A stretch of 64,000 nt of DNA from Gammaproteobacteria bacterium (GTDB lineage: Bacteria > Pseudomonadota > Gammaproteobacteria > Arenicellales > JAJDZL01): positions 1,032 to 65,031 of the forward strand of contig JAJEHQ010000036.1 of assembly GCA_022823625.1 (NCBI GenBank). Reading direction: 5' to 3'. Below are positions 20,246 to 29,507 of the stretch, piece by piece (within the stretch, counting starts at the first letter, position 1; each line of letters opens with the position of its first letter). The translations under genes were made by a program, and so were the position numbers. The notes below the pieces were generated by a model that saw nothing but the letters and a program-made list of their open reading frames with translations, had not been told where the DNA came from and did not search any database.

Positions 20246-20629
20246 ATGATCAAGAGGCTTATGTTTGTCAATCGAAGGGCTCCCGGTGGAACTGTGTATG
20301 GGATGGAAGCTCTTGATGCGCTGCTCGCTGCTTCGGCATTCGATCAGGATTTAAATGCTGTATTTTTGGATGATGGCGTCTATCAGTTAAAACGAGGGCA
20401 AGATCCTGCTAAATTGGGTATCAAGAACTTCGCAAAGAGCTTTGCCGCTTTGAGTGAATTTGGTGTTAATCACCTCTATGTGGAGAAAGAATCCATGGCT
20501 GACAGAGGCCTTTCAGATTCGGACTTGATGGAGGTTCTTCGAGATGACGGAAGTGATGCAGTAACCATAATTTCGTCAAGTGATCTTTCCAAAATTATGA
20601 ATTCACAAGACGTCATTTTGCAGTTTTAA
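20246..20629 (+). CDS. dsrF: DsrF (TusC family)
   Basis: MFVNRRAP, EALD, SAFDQ, VFLDDGVYQL, LYVEKES. Confidence 0.9.
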   Translation: MIKRLMFVNRRAPGGTVYGMEALDALLAASAFDQDLNAVFLDDGVYQLKRGQDPAKLGIKNFAKSFAALSEFGVNHLYVEKESMADRGLSDSDLMEVLRDDGSDAVTIISSSDLSKIMNSQDVILQF

Positions 20630-20634
20630 ATGGG

Positions 20635-20940
20635 ATGATGCTTCACACGGTAAACAAATCGCCATCTGAAAAGCCAAGTCTACAGAGCTGTTTGAGGTTG
20701 GCCAGTGCAGGCAGTGATATTCTGTTAATTGAAGATGGCGTTTATGCCGCAGTCAACGGCACAAAATATTCGAAACTAGTAGAAGGATCACTGAAAAGTC
20801 ATCAATTTTATGCGCTGGAAGCGGATCTTGAGTGCCGAGGATTGAAAAAGTCACAGTTAATTGACGGAGTCGAGATGATTGACTACAAGGGCTTTGTTTC
20901 TCTAGCCGCACGCAACAAAGCCATACATTCCTGGCTATAA
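20635..20940 (+). CDS. dsrH: DsrH (TusB family)
   Basis: MLHTVNKSP, LLIEDGVYAA, DLECRG, IDYKGFV, C-terminal SWL. Confidence 0.9.
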   Translation: MMLHTVNKSPSEKPSLQSCLRLASAGSDILLIEDGVYAAVNGTKYSKLVEGSLKSHQFYALEADLECRGLKKSQLIDGVEMIDYKGFVSLAARNKAIHSWL

Positions 20941-20954
20941 GCGAATTGGGAACT

Positions 20955-21287
20955 ATGCCAATTGAGTTTAACGGAAAAGTCTACCAGACAGATTCAGAAG
21001 GTTTTTTATCAAATCCTGATGAATGGTCGGTGGAGTTGGCAGAAAAAATGGCGGCTGATGACGGCTGTCAGCTCAGTCCCGAACACTGGGAAGCCATCAA
21101 TATCCTTCGAGACTACTACGCTCAGTTCGCCATCGCGCCGCCCATTCGCATTCTGATTCGTCATATGGGAAAGCGGTTGGGCAAGGAAAAGGCAAACAGT
21201 CCATATCTATATGAACTCTTTCCATTTGGACCGGCTAAACAAGCCTGTCGTTATGCAGGGTTACCGAAACCGACAGGCTGTATCTAG
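20955..21287 (+). CDS. dsrC: DsrC sulfur carrier with both conserved C-terminal cysteines
   Basis: TDSEGFL, HWE, YLYELFPFGPAKQACRYAGLPKPTGCI (Cys-X10-Cys). Confidence 0.9.
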   Translation: MPIEFNGKVYQTDSEGFLSNPDEWSVELAEKMAADDGCQLSPEHWEAINILRDYYAQFAIAPPIRILIRHMGKRLGKEKANSPYLYELFPFGPAKQACRYAGLPKPTGCI

Positions 21288-21341
21288 TATTTTGGTGGTT
21301 CGCAATCCACTCGGCATCACCTTGAGTTAGTAAATTATTCC

Positions 21342-22040
21342 GTGTCGGCCACTTTCGCGATACTCTTCTATCTTGCAGGATTAATCCTGATTTGTGGCAT
21401 TGTTTGGAAAGTGTTGAGTTACGCCAGGATCCCGGTTCGATATTTGCTGCCTATTGCGCCGGCGCCTCAGTCATCGGGTGGTGTAGCACTTCGAATTCTA
21501 AGGGAGGCCTTGTTCTTCGAGAGTCTATTCAAGGCAAACAAATGGACCTGGCTATTTGGATGGATCTTTCACTATGCATTACTGGTTGTATTGCTACGGC
21601 ACCTGTTTTTCGTCACCTGGTCGATCGAACCGTGGGTGGTCATGCTGTTTTTCCCGGGTGATGTTGCCGCCTGGCTAATGATTGGATCGCTGCTCGGGCT
21701 GTTGGGTCGACGAATTTTTGTTGACCGGGTGCGCTATATTTCGACTGTATCTGACTACGCCATGTTGATTCTGATCTTGTTGATCGGGATTACTGGTGTG
21801 GTTCTGCGCTACAGGGTGCCGGTAGATATCATGGCAACTCGAGAATTTACGTTAGGACTTATGAAGTTCGATTTGACAGATTTGCCCAGGAATGTAGTAC
21901 TTTATCTTCATTTGGCCAGTGTAGTGGCTTTGGTAGCTGTCTTTCCATTCAGCAAATTGATACACTTCCCCGGGTATTTTTTCAGCCCCAGCCATAATCA
22001 GAAATACCCCACCGCGAAAATGAAGGATCTCAGTAGATGA
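21342..22040 (+). CDS. dsrM: DsrM membrane cytochrome b (NarI-like)
   Basis: Five hydrophobic segments; His pairs FHYALLVVLLRHL and LHL...FPFSKLIH; SLFKANKWTW. Confidence 0.9.
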   Translation: MSATFAILFYLAGLILICGIVWKVLSYARIPVRYLLPIAPAPQSSGGVALRILREALFFESLFKANKWTWLFGWIFHYALLVVLLRHLFFVTWSIEPWVVMLFFPGDVAAWLMIGSLLGLLGRRIFVDRVRYISTVSDYAMLILILLIGITGVVLRYRVPVDIMATREFTLGLMKFDLTDLPRNVVLYLHLASVVALVAVFPFSKLIHFPGYFFSPSHNQKYPTAKMKDLSR

Positions 22041-22044
22041 TGAC

Positions 22045-23484
22045 ATGGGCAGCGTAAGTACCCGAAAAATCAAACCGCGTAAATCTCCCTCAGTCAAACC
22101 AAATTTTTGCTCTGACGGGGGTCAGAGTGGCGGACTGGTTGAGAATTGGCAGGAGCTTGCTATTGCAAAGCTTGGCGAGGAGGTTCGCTCGAATCGGGCA
22201 CTGCGGGTGTTTCTGGACAGCTGTGTGAAATGTGGTGCCTGCACCGACAAGTGTCATTATTTCCTAGGCGACGGCGATCCGTTGAATATGCCGGTTGCAC
22301 GTCAGGATCTGATCCGAGGAGTTTACCGACGCTACTTTACGGCAGCTGGTAAGTTCTTCCCAAAATTTGTCGGTGCGCTTGATCTCACCGAATCGTTGCT
22401 TGAAGATTGGAGCACTTACTACTATCAGTGCTCTGAATGTCGCCGCTGCTCAGTTTATTGTCCATTTGGAATTGACACTGCAGAGATCACGATGGTGGGT
22501 CGTTCGATTCTTGACGCTGTTGGAATCAGGCAAAACTACATTCACACCGTTCTGGATAACGTCAATCGAGTCGGGAATAACCTGGGGATGATCGGTGCGG
22601 CAATCGCTGACACCCTGGAAGGGTTGGAAGAGGATGTGCTTGAAGAGACTGGGGTTAATGTGAAATTTCCGCTTGATGACACTGATGCTGATGTACTACT
22701 ACTGGTTCCATCAGCCGATCTATTTGCGGAACCTCATGTTGATGGATTAATTGGCTGTGCGAAAATCTTCCACCAGCAGGGCATTCGATGGACGCTGTCT
22801 ACAGAGGCTTCAGAAGCGGCGAATTTTGCATTGTTTATTGGGGATGATGAAAAAATGCAGCAGATGACGAGACATGTCCGCGACACCGCACTCAAACTAG
22901 GAGTCAAACAGGTTTTAGTTGGAGAGTGTGGTCACGCCTGGCGTGTGGCAAGCAGCTATTGGCCGGATATAACTGGGAATGGGCTTACGGCTGATTTTGA
23001 AACTTTACATATTTGCGAGTTCACCTACGATTTACTTAGAAAAAATCGGTTACAGCTTGACAGGTCTGTACACAACAACAAAGTCATTACGTTTCACGAT
23101 TCGTGTAATGTAGCTCGGGGCTCGAGAATGGGCGAGTATCCAAGAGATGTCTATCGTATTCCGCGCGCATTGTTACAGGCTGCTTGCGATAATTTTGTCG
23201 ATATGGCACCGGACACTATTTGTGAACATACTTTCTGTTGCGGCGGAGGCGGCGGGCTTTTGACGGATGAGTTGATGGAAGTTCGGGTGAGTGGTGCCTC
23301 ACCTAGAGTTAGCGCACTAGAAGATGTGATTGCAAATCAAGGGGTAACTCATATGGCAGCAATTTGCGCGATTTGCAAAAGCCAGTTCCGCTCAGTGCTT
23401 CCAAAATTTGACCTGGACATGAATATGATTGTCAGTTTGCATCAGATAGTCGGTGATGCGGTTGTGCTGAATTCAGAGACTTGA
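22045..23484 (+). CDS. dsrK: DsrK Fe-S protein (HdrD-like)
   Basis: CVKCGACTDKC, CSECRRCSVYCPFGID, GECGHAWR, HDSC, CCGGGGG, CAIC. Confidence 0.92.
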   Translation: MGSVSTRKIKPRKSPSVKPNFCSDGGQSGGLVENWQELAIAKLGEEVRSNRALRVFLDSCVKCGACTDKCHYFLGDGDPLNMPVARQDLIRGVYRRYFTAAGKFFPKFVGALDLTESLLEDWSTYYYQCSECRRCSVYCPFGIDTAEITMVGRSILDAVGIRQNYIHTVLDNVNRVGNNLGMIGAAIADTLEGLEEDVLEETGVNVKFPLDDTDADVLLLVPSADLFAEPHVDGLIGCAKIFHQQGIRWTLSTEASEAANFALFIGDDEKMQQMTRHVRDTALKLGVKQVLVGECGHAWRVASSYWPDITGNGLTADFETLHICEFTYDLLRKNRLQLDRSVHNNKVITFHDSCNVARGSRMGEYPRDVYRIPRALLQAACDNFVDMAPDTICEHTFCCGGGGGLLTDELMEVRVSGASPRVSALEDVIANQGVTHMAAICAICKSQFRSVLPKFDLDMNMIVSLHQIVGDAVVLNSET

Positions 23485-23551
23485 TTCCGTGGCGTCCTTA
23501 CTGAATTTGTAAGCAAATCACCGACCCGACTCGAATCACCCTGACGTCGCT

Positions 23552-24205
23552 CTAGTAGGTGTCGACTTGCCCTTCGTTTCCGACGATGAGAACGTCAGCA
23601 GGCCGTTTGGCGAAAATACCGTTGCTTACAACACCGGTGATGTGGTTGAGCGTTGACTCAACAGTCGTTGCATCTTTCAAGTCAAGATTGCGGACATCAA
23701 TAATGATGTTACCATTATCAGTTGTGAATCCAGTGCGCAGTTCTGGCTGCCCGCCTAGTTTGATTACAGCTCGACTAACCAGACTTTGTGCAAGCGGTAT
23801 CACTTCGATAGCAAGTGGGAATTCGCCTAGTACGTCAACAAGTTTTGTCTTGTCGACAATACAAACAAATTTTTCACTGGCAGCCGCGACAATCTTTTCC
23901 CGGGTGAGTGCACCACCCCCACCTTTTATCAAGTGTTTGTTCCGGGTCGCTTCATCTGCACCATCTACGTAGATAGGCAATGAACCGGTTCGGTTGAGAT
24001 TCAGAATGGGGAAGCCATATTGACGCAATCGGTCTTCCGTAGCCTTTGAACTCGCAACGGTTCCATCGATTTTTCCTTTTATATTGGGGAGAAGATCGAT
24101 AAATGCATTAGCTGTAGAACCGGTACCAACGCCCACTACATCTCCGACTTCAATGTAGTCCAATGCTGCTTCAGCAGCCATGTGTTTCATCGAGTTAGTG
24201 TTCAT
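23552..24205 (-). CDS. rpiA: Ribose-5-phosphate isomerase A
   Basis: [32 protein letters not shown]. Confidence 0.96.
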   Translation of the reverse strand: MNTNSMKHMAAEAALDYIEVGDVVGVGTGSTANAFIDLLPNIKGKIDGTVASSKATEDRLRQYGFPILNLNRTGSLPIYVDGADEATRNKHLIKGGGGALTREKIVAAASEKFVCIVDKTKLVDVLGEFPLAIEVIPLAQSLVSRAVIKLGGQPELRTGFTTDNGNIIIDVRNLDLKDATTVESTLNHITGVVSNGIFAKRPADVLIVGNEGQVDTY

Positions 24206-24416
24206 ATTAATAACCAACAAAATTCCAAAGATGTGGTCAGTGATTGAGTTACCTCATTTTCAGTCTGCTGGCTGAAAAACCCAATATCTCATTTGTACGT
24301 CTGATCTGTACCTCACGCATTTCTTTTCGACTGAATCAACTGAAAGTGAATAAATCAGATCCCCGTCATTACTGAAAGGGCAAAGTTAACGATACAGTTG
24401 AAAATTTTGGCATCGA

Positions 24417-26072
24417 CTACATTCCAGCGATTTCTACTATTTTAAGGATATGTTTAGCCCGTGAGCAGGCAACGTACTTAAGCGTTCGATCCCGATCTTT
24501 CTTCTTGTCCAGGGGTGATGTCAGAAAAATGACAGCGTCTGCTTCGAGACCCTTAAACCGTGCGGAAGACACAATCAGGACACCTTCGTTGTTTTGCCAG
24601 GAATCGAGATCACAGGTTGTATGAATGCGTTTGAATTTGGTTGGCCAGTCATCGACAGGAAATCCGGGTACCAATACAGCAATTTGTGATGGATTTAACC
24701 CACCTGTTCTGGGAGAGCACAGTTGGTTTACCAACTCCGTAATCTTTTGAAATCCCTCATTTCGAGATGCGACTTCAAAGACTTCAATATCGTGAGTATT
24801 CATGTCTGAATCAGGGGTGATCAGAAGATCACAGTACGCTGCAATATCAGGGGAGTTTCTGCAGTTTTTCTCTAACGGATATGAATCGCCGAGTTCATCT
24901 GGTAATCGCAGTTCATCGCGAACGTAGAGATTTTGATTGGGATCAAAAAATACATAGAAACAGCTCTTGTTCTCGGGATTTTTAAAAACAGAGTCCAGGC
25001 TATCCCACCATAACTCGCGAAAATCCTGACCTTCATCGACAATCAGAGCGTCAAACTTCTGGCTGGCAGGTAAAGCCTCACATGCTTGCATAAGCAATTC
25101 CGGTGCTTCTTCGTTCCAGAATTGTCGATCATCGTTTGCTTTGTCCGGATCAAATTCGATTCCTGAGGCCTTGCAGAAATCGTGAACCAGACCGTGATAA
25201 TTGTTAATCGTAAGAGAGCAATCGAAGTCAGTTTGAGCGGTCTTGTTCAGCCAGTCTTTAAGAGGGCGATTGTAACACAGTAGCAAAGTGTGCATTCCTG
25301 ACTGTGTAGTTTGTTGCGCTTTCGCGAGTGCCAGCAGTGTTTTTCCGGTACCAGCTCCTCCCTGAATCAAGGCAACGCGCTGATTATTCAATAAAGACAG
25401 TATGTTCTTCTGTTCCTCAGTCAGTCGGTGAATCTCACGTTCTTTTTCTTCAATTTCGCGCCAGAGTACCGGCACAATGTCGAACTTTGGGTAAAGAGAG
25501 TACTCAATTTTTTTGACTTCATCGCGGGTCAGGGGTTGGTGATGATTACGATGAAAGTTGCCAAAGGCTCGGCGAATGCGCGGTTCGAGATAGCTCAGGT
25601 CATCGACATCCAAAATAAGTGATCGAACAATACCCGGCGGCAACTCTCCTTGAAACCTCCCGTCCGGAAAAGCAACCGCACAACCGTAAGTACAGGACAA
25701 TTCAGATGAAACAAGACGTTCTTTAATATGTTCAACAAGTGCATGCATATTGACAAAAACCTGCTGGAATGGATCTTTGTTTAGCCACTTTCTGTTCTCA
25801 GAACCGGTAAGACGCCACCAATCTCTGACACCTGGGTCATAACCCAAAACCCCTCCCTTTACTTCGACGAAGAGTAAGCCGAGATTTTCATCCAAGATGA
25901 CAAAATCACACTCACCTTCTCTCAATCGACCTGAGTTGTTCGTTTGAACCCAGTTTAGACTATGCATTGCTCTGACTCGCTTGGGCAATTGAGTTGCAAG
26001 TGCTTCAGCGACTTTTCGCTCTCCCCGATTCTTGATCTCCTCAGGGTTGATTGTTGGAATGAATGTCACCAT
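24417..26072 (-). CDS. NERD nuclease fused to an SF1 (UvrD-like) helicase
   Basis: GERKV...GECDFVIL...VEVKGG...PFQQ (NERD); GGAGTGKT, LLCYN, IVDEGQD, DPNQ, NCRN, RFKGLEAD, YVACSRA. Confidence 0.85.
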   Translation of the reverse strand: MVTFIPTINPEEIKNRGERKVAEALATQLPKRVRAMHSLNWVQTNNSGRLREGECDFVILDENLGLLFVEVKGGVLGYDPGVRDWWRLTGSENRKWLNKDPFQQVFVNMHALVEHIKERLVSSELSCTYGCAVAFPDGRFQGELPPGIVRSLILDVDDLSYLEPRIRRAFGNFHRNHHQPLTRDEVKKIEYSLYPKFDIVPVLWREIEEKEREIHRLTEEQKNILSLLNNQRVALIQGGAGTGKTLLALAKAQQTTQSGMHTLLLCYNRPLKDWLNKTAQTDFDCSLTINNYHGLVHDFCKASGIEFDPDKANDDRQFWNEEAPELLMQACEALPASQKFDALIVDEGQDFRELWWDSLDSVFKNPENKSCFYVFFDPNQNLYVRDELRLPDELGDSYPLEKNCRNSPDIAAYCDLLITPDSDMNTHDIEVFEVASRNEGFQKITELVNQLCSPRTGGLNPSQIAVLVPGFPVDDWPTKFKRIHTTCDLDSWQNNEGVLIVSSARFKGLEADAVIFLTSPLDKKKDRDRTLKYVACSRAKHILKIVEIAGM

Positions 26073-26331
26073 CTGAATAGTCTTGCGGTCGAGGAAAACT
26101 GAATGATTTTGTATATCAGATTTTTTAACGATCCCTTTGTTATTTTGAGTGTTACCATATAGGTTCACCCATCAGGTAATGCCGGACATGGTCCTGAATT
26201 TTGATTATCGGGGAAAGTTCATTGTTTGGCTCGAAAATACGGGTGATAGTGTACATCTACCACTAGGTCATTACCCTGAACACCCGTCGACCGACGAGAA
26301 AAATGCTAGGACAAAAGAAGTTGAACGAATG

Positions 26332-27176
26332 CTAAGACAGCCAGTGTTCAATGGGTTCTGAAAGGAATTGTTCAATTTGGATTCCACCGGTCCCGATCAA
26401 TAAGCTGTGGTCTGGCTTGAATTTCTTTGAGAAGGCCCTGATTCCAGGTAGCGAATCTTTCTTGTGCCCGCTCTTCACCTCAATTGCAGTCAGTGTTGCA
26501 CCTTTTTCGACCACGAAGTCGACTTCCCGGTTGTTTTCTCGCCAATAGTAAATCTTGATGCGTTTGCCTTTCGCACCGTTGATCAGGTGAGCACCGACGG
26601 CCGATTCTGTCAGACGACCCTTGAATACATTGTTGCTTTGCACTTCATCAAAACCAAGATTCCATACAGCAGTCATCAGTGCTGTATTTAGAACCTGTAG
26701 TTTCGGCTGAGACGCTCTGCGCCGAGTCCTTTGACCTGCATATTTCTGAAGCCCGGTTAGCATGCCTGCTTTACCAAGCAAATCAAGATAATGAGCCAGT
26801 GTTGTTGTGTTGCCGGCATCCTGAAGTTGTCCCAGCATTTTGGTGTAGGAAACGATTTGCCCGGAATAAGTACATCCCAGTTCAAACAGCCGTCTCAGCA
26901 ACGCGGGTTTATCAACCTGTGTTAACAGCAATATATCTCGCGATATGGTAGTTTCAATCAGCGAATTGTTGATATAGTCCATCCAGCGTTCGACATCGTT
27001 AATCAACGGTGCTGCACCCGGATAGCCACCAAAGAATAGATATTGATCATAGCTGATGCCGAAGGCTGTCCTCATTTCGTTGAAACTCCAGTGCGTCAGG
27101 TGCAAAGTTTCAAAGCGTCCGGCAAGACTCTCAGAAACACCACGCTGCAAGAGCAGCGGGGCCGATCCCAAAATTA
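26332..27176 (-). pseudogene. 5'-truncated AAA_14/DUF4143 ATPase (N-terminus removed at the IS1595 end)
   Basis: Begins at ILGSAPLLLQRGVSESLAGRFE, i.e. after the missing Walker A/B; has GGYPG, ESAVGAHL and YWRENNREVDFVV...AIEVKSG; abuts the IS terminal repeat. Confidence 0.8.
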
Positions 27177-27209
27177 GGGATTTATCCATTTGAGTTGACA
27201 GGCATAAAA

Positions 27210-27446
27210 TCAATCCAATTTCTTGGCATTTTTAGAAGATTTTTGCTTTTGAGTTCTCTGATAGGATTTCGGTTTTACGCCCAGTAGCACCCGCATAACA
27301 TCATCAAACTCAAAGTCTGATATTGGGGGAATCTGGTTTGATGATTCATTAGTCTTTTGCTTGGACATCACTGACATTTGCATCAAATTCTTGGATTTCG
27401 GCTGCCGCACGCGGAGGCACAGTTCAACCTCAGTGCAACCGGCCAT
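27210..27446 (-). CDS. Small basic passenger ORF inside the IS1595 element
   Basis: Lies between the transposase end and the IR; core DFEFDDVMRVLLGVKPK with a Lys-rich tail; start uncertain. Confidence 0.4.
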   Translation of the reverse strand: MAGCTEVELCLRVRQPKSKNLMQMSVMSKQKTNESSNQIPPISDFEFDDVMRVLLGVKPKSYQRTQKQKSSKNAKKLD

Positions 27447-28386
27447 CCGGCCCGCTAATCAGATCAGCGTATTTCAACCGCTTGTTGAACAGCCCTCGAA
27501 TCGTGCAGTCGATTTGAACCATCGTATCCAATGCCCTGACATTCTGCCTGGCACTGAATTCATCCACATACTTCTGCAAATGCTTCGGACTCATTTTGTG
27601 GTAGATGCCGTAGTAGCCCCGCTTCAGGCAGCTCCAAAATGATTCTGTGCCATTGATATGTGCCTGTCCTTTGACATACTCACCAACCGAGTGCTTGACT
27701 GTTTCATGTGTGTATCCTTGTTTCTCAAGTCCTTCGTATGCAGTGGCATCATCCGTATAGACGGTTGAGCCATCGGCAACCGCATCACACACGATCTGGT
27801 GAAGTGTGATGGCTTTGGTGTCGGCAACTTTGATTGACTTGATTTGTTTGCTGTCGCGTTCCTTGATTCCGACAACCGCTGTCTTGCCAACTGTTCCGCG
27901 TCCAGCATTAAGCTTTTGGTCTTTGTGCTTGTTCTTTTCTTTTCCACCAATGTAGGTTTCATCGACTTCAACTTCACAGCCAAACAGTTGTGATGCATTA
28001 TTCGCCCAGGCAGTTCTGATGCGATGAGCCATAAACCATGCAGTTGGTTGTCGCACTGCGATGTCATTCCCCAGTTTGGTGCTTGCAACACCTTTCAGGG
28101 ATGTGGAAAGCAGGTAAATGGCCATCAGCCACTTTTTGTAGGGCAGCCGGCTTTCCTCCATTAACGATCCGGTTTTGACGCTGAAATACTTACGGCATGG
28201 CTTACACCAATAAGGCATTGTCTTGTGACTGGCCCTGCTGGTTTCGCGAGCATTGCATCTTGGGCATACTCGGCCATTCGCCCATCGTATTGACTCGATG
28301 TATTCCATCGCATCCTGCTCGGTTTGAAACTTGTCCATGAACTCGTAGAGGCTGACTCGTTTCCGATCTTTCTTTGATTTTGTCAT
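27430..28386 (-). CDS. IS1595 (ISXO2-like) DDE transposase
   Basis: Zn ribbon CPRC...CKPC; EVDETYIGG, YTDD, VKHS, HINGTESFW, YVDEF. Confidence 0.93.
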   Translation of the reverse strand: MTKSKKDRKRVSLYEFMDKFQTEQDAMEYIESIRWANGRVCPRCNARETSRASHKTMPYWCKPCRKYFSVKTGSLMEESRLPYKKWLMAIYLLSTSLKGVASTKLGNDIAVRQPTAWFMAHRIRTAWANNASQLFGCEVEVDETYIGGKEKNKHKDQKLNAGRGTVGKTAVVGIKERDSKQIKSIKVADTKAITLHQIVCDAVADGSTVYTDDATAYEGLEKQGYTHETVKHSVGEYVKGQAHINGTESFWSCLKRGYYGIYHKMSPKHLQKYVDEFSARQNVRALDTMVQIDCTIRGLFNKRLKYADLISGPDGRLH

Positions 28387-28427
28387 GCTATATACTGCCA
28401 GCAAATTTCTTATTTCCATTGTTAGCA

Positions 28428-28456
28428 AGTATATCCTAAAATGTTGGTTTTGTCAA
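28428..28456 (-). promoter_or_regulatory. Near-consensus sigma70 promoter for the transposase, with -35 inside the terminal IR
   Basis: Minus strand TTGACA (28456-28451), 17-bp spacer, TATACT (28433-28428). Confidence 0.7.
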
Positions 28457-28503
28457 CTCAAATGGATAATTCCCTTGTGTTTCTATAAGCAGATTCACAA
28501 AAG

Positions 28504-28545
28504 GAAAACGGCAAGGATTTAACGGTCTTTGCCGTTTTCTGTTTT
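28504..28545. terminator. Terminator-like hairpin outside the right IS end
   Basis: GAAAACGGCAA/TTGCCGTTTTC stem followed by TGTTTT. Confidence 0.5.
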
Positions 28546-28680
28546 AGGGTATAGCGCCATTTCTAATTTGCGCTTTGACTCGATCCTCTTCTAGAAAGCA
28601 GCAAACGTTGTTTCGAACCAGCTGGCGTGAGGGCCACCTGGTGGTCGTTTAGTTGAGCACACGCGTGTATCGATTGGCTG

Positions 28681-29451
28681 ATGTTTGAAGTGATTTCGCT
28701 CAACGAATACGCAGTATTCGTGCTCATCGCCATTTTCGCAGGATTTGTGCATGGCTCAATCGGCTTGGGGTTTCCTTTACTGTCGACAGCCATGCTCTCC
28801 ACTTTTATTGATCTTCGGATTGCTATCCTCATCACCCTGATTCCGACTGTTGCTGTCAATTTGTTCAGCATTGCCAAAGGTGGTAATTGGCGAGAAAGTC
28901 TGGGACAATTTTGGCCGCTGGCAGCGTGGTGTTTGATCGGGTCGGTCATTGGTGCTTGGGTCATTGTCTATACCGACCCAACGCCATACAAGTTATTGTT
29001 AGCACTACTGATTTTTCTATACCTTGTGGCAGATCGATCCAGTCGGAGGTTGTTGAGCAAAGCGTTGCGATTTCCGAGACTCTCACAGTTTGGATTTGGA
29101 ATGACAGCTGGATTTTCAGCAGGATCGACCAATACCATGGTACCAATTCTTGTAATTTATTCACTCGAATCTGGTTGGGCAAAGACTGTGATGGTACAGG
29201 TTTTCAATATGTGTTTTTTCTCAGGAAAAGCTGCCCAGTTGGCCGTATTTGGCACGTCGGGAACGTTTACGCTTCAGATATTTCTGACTACACTTCCCAT
29301 TGCAGGCATCGCCGCCGGTTCGCTGTACTTGGGCCAATTACTACAGGATCGAATCGACATCCATCTCTTTCGACGAATCATCAAGTTGGTTTTGTTGATT
29401 CTTGGCATCATCTTGACATCACAGGTTCTGTTTTCATTGTTCGGAATGTAA
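28681..29451 (+). CDS. TauE/SafE (TSUP) family sulfite-exporter-like membrane protein
   Basis: About 250 aa with ~8 TM; AGFVHGSIGLGFPL motif repeated as AGFSAGST. Confidence 0.8.
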   Translation: MFEVISLNEYAVFVLIAIFAGFVHGSIGLGFPLLSTAMLSTFIDLRIAILITLIPTVAVNLFSIAKGGNWRESLGQFWPLAAWCLIGSVIGAWVIVYTDPTPYKLLLALLIFLYLVADRSSRRLLSKALRFPRLSQFGFGMTAGFSAGSTNTMVPILVIYSLESGWAKTVMVQVFNMCFFSGKAAQLAVFGTSGTFTLQIFLTTLPIAGIAAGSLYLGQLLQDRIDIHLFRRIIKLVLLILGIILTSQVLFSLFGM

Positions 29452-29507
29452 TACGATTAAAATGCTGTCGCCGAATTTCTGAAATTGATTAGTTTGCATT
29501 GAATACT

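Larger units (their letters stand above)
27177..28474 (-). mobile_element. IS1595-family insertion sequence, about 1.3 kb
   Basis: 24-bp terminal inverted repeats GGGATTTATCCATTTGAGTTGACA (27177-27200) and TGTCAACTCAAATGGATAATTCCC (28451-28474), 1 mismatch, enclosing the transposase. Confidence 0.92.

Noticed and set aside
19831-21287. Reading these genes as tusDCBE for tRNA thiolation only
   Set aside because: The carrier has both DsrC cysteines and is followed by dsrMK rather than mnmA. A secondary Tus role is not excluded.
26149-26361. 70-aa plus-strand ORF between the helicase and the AAA remnant
   Set aside because: Overlaps both neighbouring ORFs on the opposite strand and has no recognisable motif.
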